A stretch of 64,000 nucleotides of DNA from NCBI GenBank assembly GCA_964435855.1, contig CAYTAU010000003.1, forward strand, positions 20,096-84,095, in the 5' to 3' direction. This DNA comes from an uncultured Bacteroidales bacterium. Its GTDB lineage: Bacteria > Bacteroidota > Bacteroidia > Bacteroidales > CAYTAU01. The notes below the pieces were generated by a model. It was not told the DNA's origin, did no database searches, and saw nothing but the letters and a program-made list of their open reading frames with translations. Shown here in pieces: positions 57,927 to 64,000 of this stretch (position 1 is the stretch's first letter; every line of letters starts with the position of its first letter). The translations under genes and the position numbers were made by a program.

Positions 57927-60807
57927 GGCTGAAAATTATTTTTTTATGATAAACATTATTATTTATTAATACTTTAATAAGGTATAAACCGCTTTTCATA
58001 CTATTATCGGGATTCCATTCAAAAATAAATTTATTATCAAAAATTGAAACAGGTTTTGTTAAAGTTTTGATTTTGGTTCCTGCAATATTATATATATCAA
58101 TTATCGGCAATATTTTATCTTTTGTGTTGATTTGAATATAGGCAGTTTGATTAAATGGGTTTGGAAAAACATTTAAACTTAACTCATTCTTGCTTTGTTC
58201 TACAACACTCAATATTCTATTTTGTTCACAGGGTGTTCCATAATATCCTGAATTTGCAATCCAGCTAGTATATAAAGCATTATTAAGATATGGATACATT
58301 AGTTCTAGAGTAGGACCAAAACCGTTGGCATCTGTGGGCCATGGAGTATATGAAAAATATGCAACATAATCAACCAAAGTATTAGTATCATCAAAAAGCC
58401 GAACAACATCAGAAGTTGATCCATAACCAAATATAAAATCACCTGTATAATCAGTAACTTGTGGGTTTAATGCAATAAAACTCATAGTATCCTTGCATAC
58501 TATTAAATAGCCATAATTGTCAATAAATGTATTAAGAGGAAATGTGAAAATATTTAAATCGTTATCGTCTTTTAATACCCAATTGCTTAAATCTACTACT
58601 TGTGAATTTGGATTGTATAACTCTATCCAATCTTTTGTATCAAATATAATAGATGAATTATAATTTATTTCATTTATTACCAGTGGTTGTAGTTGAGCAG
58701 TATCTATAATAAAGTATGCCGTAAGATTATATGTGTTTGTTAAATTTATAGTAATAAAAGACGTATCTGATAGAGTTGTATCACTCCATCCTGCAAAAAT
58801 GTATCCCGGATTTGGAATTGCAGTAATGTCAATGGGTACATCTTCAAAATATATTCCTGTCCATGGAAAATATCTAACATCAATTGTATTTACATGAATA
58901 TAACCTTGCCCTACAGTATCTAGTATAATAGTTTGCTGAGCAGGTAAAACAAAATAACTTAAAATTTGACTTCTTACTGTTGCCGGTCTTGAATTTAAAA
59001 AACTTCCTATTGTTGCAACCCTGCTTAGCCATGTTGCATAGCTTGCACCCCAGCGTGCTGTTTCGTTAGTCATTTCAGGGTCAATAATGTAGGCAAGAGA
59101 GTCAAGATGAAAATTTGATGTATCGGGCAAAAATAAAGTATTAAGCAGATCCGCTGTTCTGTTTATCAGTTTTCTCTTAAATATATTGTTTTTTATAAGT
59201 TCTTTAGGCATAAAATTACTCCACTTTTCATTATAAGTGTATTGGTATTCTGTAAAACCGTTCCATGTAAGCGTTTTGTATGCCTGATCAGTATCCCACA
59301 TTGTCCATCTCCATTTGGCATTTGCTTGTTTTTCTTTAAAAGCAAAACAACCCCACGTCCAACTTCTATATTGACTACAATGAACAAATGCCAATAAATT
59401 TATGAAATTATCCATATCAATAAAATCGGCTGCATCGTAGTAAGTTTGGTCTAAAGTAAAATCATTGGTACTAAAAAAACTTGTTAAAGTTTGCCAATCG
59501 TTAAAATCACCCCATTTTAATACTGCACCTGTTTTGGTATATCTAATAAGGTCAAAATCGGAATAACCGGTATGGTCTTCTATAAAATATTCGTTTATAC
59601 TTTCACGCACATTATATACTCCCCAAAAACTATTGTTTAAATAAAGAACAGACCACTCGCTTAATGATGCTAATCCTCCACTTAATCGGTATAAATCACT
59701 TGACAAAGGATCTCTTAAAAGTGTACCACTTGATGTGGAAACATCGTCATCATATCCTGCACGCAGTACAATATTTTTAAATGAATTAATACCAGAAAAA
59801 GTAAATAAAGGATAATTTAAATGTGTATCTCCATATCCTCCCTTATAAAATTCGCGAAACGATTTTTTTGCCATTCCAACTGAATTACCGCCTTGAATCC
59901 TTAATCCTGAATATAATGAAAAACTAAGAGTATCATTTACAAAATATCTGTTCATTACTTCTCTCTCCCATTTGGAGGTAGTTCCCCAAGGATTATCGTA
60001 CAATCCTGATGAACCCCATAAATTAGCATGGTCTGTTAATATTGCCCAAACAGGTAATTGATGATTAACATTAATGTAATAAATTGAACTTGCCGGTTTA
60101 CTATTTATATATCCATTTCTTATTGAAACGGCATGTATTACTGTAGTTGATGAAATGCTAATAGGTCCAGTGTACATAGTAGAAACTGTTGTTGGCAATG
60201 TGTTATCTAATGTGTAGTAAATTGTATCGTTGGTAATGTTTGGTATAAGTTCAACACTTGTTGTTGATATGAAAAATCCTGACTGTAAAGCAAAATCAGG
60301 TGGTATAGCTATGCCAATATACGCTTGTGTATTATTTGTGCTATTAGGAGTAGGAATATCAAAATACATAAAATTACCTGTTCCATTTGGATATCTTCCC
60401 ATTGATATGTCGGCATCTTGAGCAGTATATGTTAAAGAATCAAGCATTATTCCCGATGTGTTGGATAAGAATATTTGTTCACCTAATGCACTTAATGAAA
60501 AATTTGTATGATATAATGTGTCGTAATTATCTGCCCATAAGAGTAAAAAATCTCCTGCAGGAATAATTGTTCCGGCAGGAACCTGCCATTTAAGTGGTAT
60601 TAATGAATTATCGGATAAATAATAACCGGAAATATCAACATCAGTAACTCCATTGTTATATAATTCTATCCAATCAGAATATTCTGCAAATAACGGGTCA
60701 GCATTTGTATAAATGTTTGATGCCATAAACTCATTTATTACTATCTGGCTATAAGTTATTGTATTAAGTAACAAAAAGAAAAATAATAGAAATAGAGTTC
60801 TTTTCAT
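57919..60807 (-). CDS. T9SS-secreted CotH kinase family protein with lamin-tail domains
   Basis: INEFMASN...DWIELYN, KKSFR, VYNVRE, WDTD, CTD VFPNPF. Confidence 0.87.
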   Translation of the reverse strand: MKRTLFLLFFFLLLNTITYSQIVINEFMASNIYTNADPLFAEYSDWIELYNNGVTDVDISGYYLSDNSLIPLKWQVPAGTIIPAGDFLLLWADNYDTLYHTNFSLSALGEQIFLSNTSGIMLDSLTYTAQDADISMGRYPNGTGNFMYFDIPTPNSTNNTQAYIGIAIPPDFALQSGFFISTTSVELIPNITNDTIYYTLDNTLPTTVSTMYTGPISISSTTVIHAVSIRNGYINSKPASSIYYINVNHQLPVWAILTDHANLWGSSGLYDNPWGTTSKWEREVMNRYFVNDTLSFSLYSGLRIQGGNSVGMAKKSFREFYKGGYGDTHLNYPLFTFSGINSFKNIVLRAGYDDDVSTSSGTLLRDPLSSDLYRLSGGLASLSEWSVLYLNNSFWGVYNVRESINEYFIEDHTGYSDFDLIRYTKTGAVLKWGDFNDWQTLTSFFSTNDFTLDQTYYDAADFIDMDNFINLLAFVHCSQYRSWTWGCFAFKEKQANAKWRWTMWDTDQAYKTLTWNGFTEYQYTYNEKWSNFMPKELIKNNIFKRKLINRTADLLNTLFLPDTSNFHLDSLAYIIDPEMTNETARWGASYATWLSRVATIGSFLNSRPATVRSQILSYFVLPAQQTIILDTVGQGYIHVNTIDVRYFPWTGIYFEDVPIDITAIPNPGYIFAGWSDTTLSDTSFITINLTNTYNLTAYFIIDTAQLQPLVINEINYNSSIIFDTKDWIELYNPNSQVVDLSNWVLKDDNDLNIFTFPLNTFIDNYGYLIVCKDTMSFIALNPQVTDYTGDFIFGYGSTSDVVRLFDDTNTLVDYVAYFSYTPWPTDANGFGPTLELMYPYLNNALYTSWIANSGYYGTPCEQNRILSVVEQSKNELSLNVFPNPFNQTAYIQINTKDKILPIIDIYNIAGTKIKTLTKPVSIFDNKFIFEWNPDNSMKSGLYLIKVLINNNVYHKKIIFSHE

Positions 60808-60886
60808 ATTGTTATTATATTTATTAATTACAAAAATAGTAAATTTTGTTGCTTATTTATTATTTTTTTGATGATATGTATTAATA

Positions 60887-60917
60887 AGACTATATATTAG
60901 CCAAAAAGGTTGCTTTA
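60887..60917 (-). promoter_or_regulatory. putative ECF-sigma promoter
   Basis: minus strand TAAAGCAACC-N17-GTCT. Confidence 0.5.
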
Positions 60918-61021
60918 TGATTTTTATTTATGTGAAACAAGGTTTAACATAGCCAATATTTCAATTAAAAACTAAATTTTATACAGATAAAAAATTCTTT
61001 GTGTTTACTTACTGCTAATTT

Positions 61022-62371
61022 TTGCCTAATATTATTAATTTTGTTGCTATGATAATTGAAACAATTTTGACAATATTATATACATTTATTATTGTTGTAA
61101 TAATCAATAAAGTCCACTTTTTTAAGATAAATGGAGTAAATACCAAAATATTATCAGGAATATTCATTTTAAAAGTATTAAGCGGTACTGCAATGTTACT
61201 TATTTTCACTTTTTATTATACAGATCATTCTTCTTCAGATATTTTCAAATATTTTTCAGATGGCAATATTTTATTTAGTGCCATATATCAAAATCCACTT
61301 GATTATTTAAGAATGTTAACTGGTATTGATGCCAATAGTGAACATTTACGAGAATATTATACAAGTATGAACTTTTGGTTTAAGGATTTCAATTACGAGC
61401 TTTATAATGATAATCGTACTATTATACGTTTAAATGCGTTTTTTCGCTTGTTTTCATTTGGTTATTTAAATGTACATAACGTTTTTATGTCCTTTCTTTC
61501 TTTCACAGGGTTTGTGGCTATATATAAGGTTTTTATAAAATATTTTAAACATAAAAAATATTTATTGCTTATAGCAATATTTTTATCTCCATCGGTTTTA
61601 TTTTGGTCATCCGGTGCGTTGAAAGAAGGAATTGTAGTATTTTCTTTAGGAATTTTATTTTATAGTTTTTACAACATTATTACCAAAAACATAAGGACTA
61701 TATATATTATAGGAATTGTTGTTGGTACATTCTTACTTTTTATGTCAAAATTTTATGTCTTAGTAGCTGCTTTACCGGGATTAATGTTCTTAATATGGTA
61801 TTATTTTTCAAAGAAAAAGAAATATACGTTTATTAAATTCATAACAATTCACTTATTAATTATTTCAATGGCTTTTTTCAGTAAATATATTATCTCAGAG
61901 TACGATTTTCCTAAAATAATGAGCCAAAAGCAACATGATTTTGTAAATATGGTAGAAGAAACAAATAATACCGGAAGCTATATAAAAATACCCGAATTAC
62001 AACCTACGGCAGTTAGTTTAATAAAAAATTCACCGGGAGCTTTTTTAAACACTTTTGCAAGACCTCATATTTTTGAAATTCATAATATGGTTAGTATTCT
62101 CGCTGCATTCGAAAATTTAATTATTTTAATTTTACTTATCTTAAGTTTGGTGTTCTATAACAAAAACGATGTTAAAATAAACATAGGTTTACTTCTATTC
62201 TGTTTATCATTTACATTAATACTATTTACTTTAAGTGGCCTAATTACACCAGTGCTTGGTGCTTTGGTAAGGTATAAAATACCTGCATTACCATTTTTAA
62301 TTATTATTTTTGTAGTTTTAATAGATGTAAAAAAAATAGAATTAATATTTAAAAAAAAACATAATGAATAA
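61022..62371 (+). CDS. polytopic membrane protein (GT-C/polymerase-like)
   Basis: many TM helices, PSVLFWSSGALKE, GALVRYK; start may be the ATG at ~61049. Confidence 0.6.
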   Translation: MPNIINFVAMIIETILTILYTFIIVVIINKVHFFKINGVNTKILSGIFILKVLSGTAMLLIFTFYYTDHSSSDIFKYFSDGNILFSAIYQNPLDYLRMLTGIDANSEHLREYYTSMNFWFKDFNYELYNDNRTIIRLNAFFRLFSFGYLNVHNVFMSFLSFTGFVAIYKVFIKYFKHKKYLLLIAIFLSPSVLFWSSGALKEGIVVFSLGILFYSFYNIITKNIRTIYIIGIVVGTFLLFMSKFYVLVAALPGLMFLIWYYFSKKKKYTFIKFITIHLLIISMAFFSKYIISEYDFPKIMSQKQHDFVNMVEETNNTGSYIKIPELQPTAVSLIKNSPGAFLNTFARPHIFEIHNMVSILAAFENLIILILLILSLVFYNKNDVKINIGLLLFCLSFTLILFTLSGLITPVLGALVRYKIPALPFLIIIFVVLIDVKKIELIFKKKHNE

Positions 62372-63122
62372 AATAGCGTTGATAACCGGAGCAACTTCTG
62401 GAATTGGAAAAGCTGTTGCTTTAAAATTAGCAGAAAATGGTTTTGATGTAATTATTACCGGAAGACGAGTTAAAAGATTAAACGAATTAGAGAAAAAAAT
62501 TATTAGCAAATATAATGTTAAAGCTTTATCACTTAATTTTGATGTAAGAAAAAAAGAAGAAGTTTTTAATGCTATTGATAATCTCCCAAAAAAATGGACA
62601 GATATAGATATACTTGTTAATAATGCGGGTTTAGCATTAGGTATGGGTACATTTGATAAAGGAAATATAGATGATTGGGAGCAAATGATCGACACAAATA
62701 TTAAAGGGCTTTTATATATTTCGAGAAAAATATCTCCAGGTATGATTGAAAAAGGAAGAGGGCATATAATAAATATTGGTTCTATCGCAGGTAAAGAGGT
62801 TTATCCAAGTGGTAACGTATATTGTTCTACAAAACATGCAGTTGACGCCATTACAAAAGCAATGAGACTTGATTTTGTTGAATATGGAATTAAGGTTACG
62901 CAAATTGCTCCAGGTATGGTTAATACCGAATTTTCGCAAGTAAGATACAATGGTGATAAAGAAAAAGCTGATAAAGTTTATGAAGGTCTTACACCTTTAT
63001 ATGCCGAAGATATTGCAGATGCAGTATTGTTTGCTATAACACGTCCAAAACATGTAAATATAAATGATATGCTAATTATGGCAACTGCACAAGCCAATTC
63101 AAATAAAACCTATAAATCTTAA
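62364..63122 (+). CDS. SDR oxidoreductase (YdfG-like)
   Basis: TGATSGIG, NNAG, YCSTK, PGMVNTEF. Confidence 0.9.
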   Translation: MNKIALITGATSGIGKAVALKLAENGFDVIITGRRVKRLNELEKKIISKYNVKALSLNFDVRKKEEVFNAIDNLPKKWTDIDILVNNAGLALGMGTFDKGNIDDWEQMIDTNIKGLLYISRKISPGMIEKGRGHIINIGSIAGKEVYPSGNVYCSTKHAVDAITKAMRLDFVEYGIKVTQIAPGMVNTEFSQVRYNGDKEKADKVYEGLTPLYAEDIADAVLFAITRPKHVNINDMLIMATAQANSNKTYKS

Positions 63123-63125
63123 GAT

Positions 63126-64000
63126 ATGTATTCTCATACTCAGCTACTAGATTTTACAAAACAACTTTTTATAAAGATTGGTTGTCCTGAAAATGATGCT
63201 AAAATTGTAGCCAACGTATTAGTGGAAGCTGAATTACGCGGAATCCCTTCTCATGGCATGGTTAGAATATTAGATTATATTGGATTATATGAAAAAAAAA
63301 GGATTAATGTAAGTCCAAATGTAAAAATTGTTCACGAAACACCAAGTACTGCTGTAGTTGACGGGGATAATTCCTTTGGAATGATAACAGCTAAACATTC
63401 AATGGAAATTGCTATTGAAAAAGCAGAAAAAGTCGGAACAGGATGGGTATCATCACGAAATTCAAATCATTATGGAATTGCTGGCTATTATGCCATGATG
63501 GCTTTAAAACACGATATGATTGGTATAAGCATGACAAATGCTAATCCTTTGGTTGCACCAACTTGGTCAACAAGTCGATTACTTGGTACAAATCCAATTG
63601 CGGTGGCAATTCCGGCTAATAAGCAAGCTCCTTTTATTGCAGATTTTGCTACAACGCCTATAGCACGTGGGAAACTGGCTATAAAAGCAAAACTTGAAAA
63701 AAATGTTCAACATGGATTTGTTCAGGATAAAGAAGGTATTGCATCAACTAATCCTGATATTTTAAAAGAAGGTGGTGCAATTCTTCCATTAGGAAGCGAT
63801 TATGAACACGGAAGTCATAAAGGTTATTGTATGGGTTCAATAGTTGATATATTTTCATCTGTTTTATCGGGAGCTAATTTCGGACCATTTGTCCCTCCAC
63901 AAGTACCTTATTTACCTCTGCTTGATAGAAAAACAGGAGAAGGTTTAGGTCATTTTTTTGGAGCAATGCGAATTGATGCTTTTCAGCCTAAAACAGAGTT
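63126..64000 (+). CDS. Ldh2/malate-lactate dehydrogenase family protein (truncated by the window end)
   Basis: ATG at 63126: MYSHTQL...ELRGIPSHG...SNHYGIAGYY...LGTNPIA...SHKGY. Confidence 0.88.
   Translation, partial: MYSHTQLLDFTKQLFIKIGCPENDAKIVANVLVEAELRGIPSHGMVRILDYIGLYEKKRINVSPNVKIVHETPSTAVVDGDNSFGMITAKHSMEIAIEKAEKVGTGWVSSRNSNHYGIAGYYAMMALKHDMIGISMTNANPLVAPTWSTSRLLGTNPIAVAIPANKQAPFIADFATTPIARGKLAIKAKLEKNVQHGFVQDKEGIASTNPDILKEGGAILPLGSDYEHGSHKGYCMGSIVDIFSSVLSGANFGPFVPPQVPYLPLLDRKTGEGLGHFFGAMRIDAFQPKTE

Noticed and set aside
3195-62939. Many short ORFs antisense to or nested in long genes (e.g. 3954-4487, 9855-10226, 37935-38312, 51639-52001)
   Set aside because: Shadow ORFs overlapping well-supported genes, with no recognisable motifs

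Overview
AT-rich chromosomal window from a Bacteroidota (Bacteroidales/Marinilabiliales-like, probably anaerobic), judged from T9SS C-terminal domains, TAnnTTTG promoters, a TamL-like protein and the ExbBD operon. Most of it is housekeeping and metabolic: tpiA, a leucine/acyl-CoA carboxylation cluster, buk-ptb-ackA-pta, ahcY, Na+-PPase, two gdh genes, dprA, tRNA-Ser, plus T9SS cargo genes (FISUMP, CotH, beta-propeller). Main candidates: (1) two 93%-identical GxxExxY (PD-(D/E)XK) nuclease genes inserted in the carboxylase operon, each bracketed by inverted repeats built from tandem CACGAAT-type units. One pair is a perfect 20-bp inverted repeat. A gene-less copy of the same repeat and several repeats of similar architecture lie elsewhere, suggesting a nuclease-plus-palindrome mobile system. 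(2) A methylcrotonyl-CoA-carboxylase-type cluster in which the expected biotin carboxylase is replaced by a pyruvate/oxaloacetate carboxyltransferase-biotin carrier fusion, a putative ATP-independent transcarboxylase. (3) A small helical-protein gene followed by a structured ~16 x 21-bp array. (4) A MITE with an 8-bp target duplication, a shared ECF-type promoter ahead of three T9SS cargo genes, and an attC-like site. All calls are by eye from the sequence and ORF track; no database searches were run.
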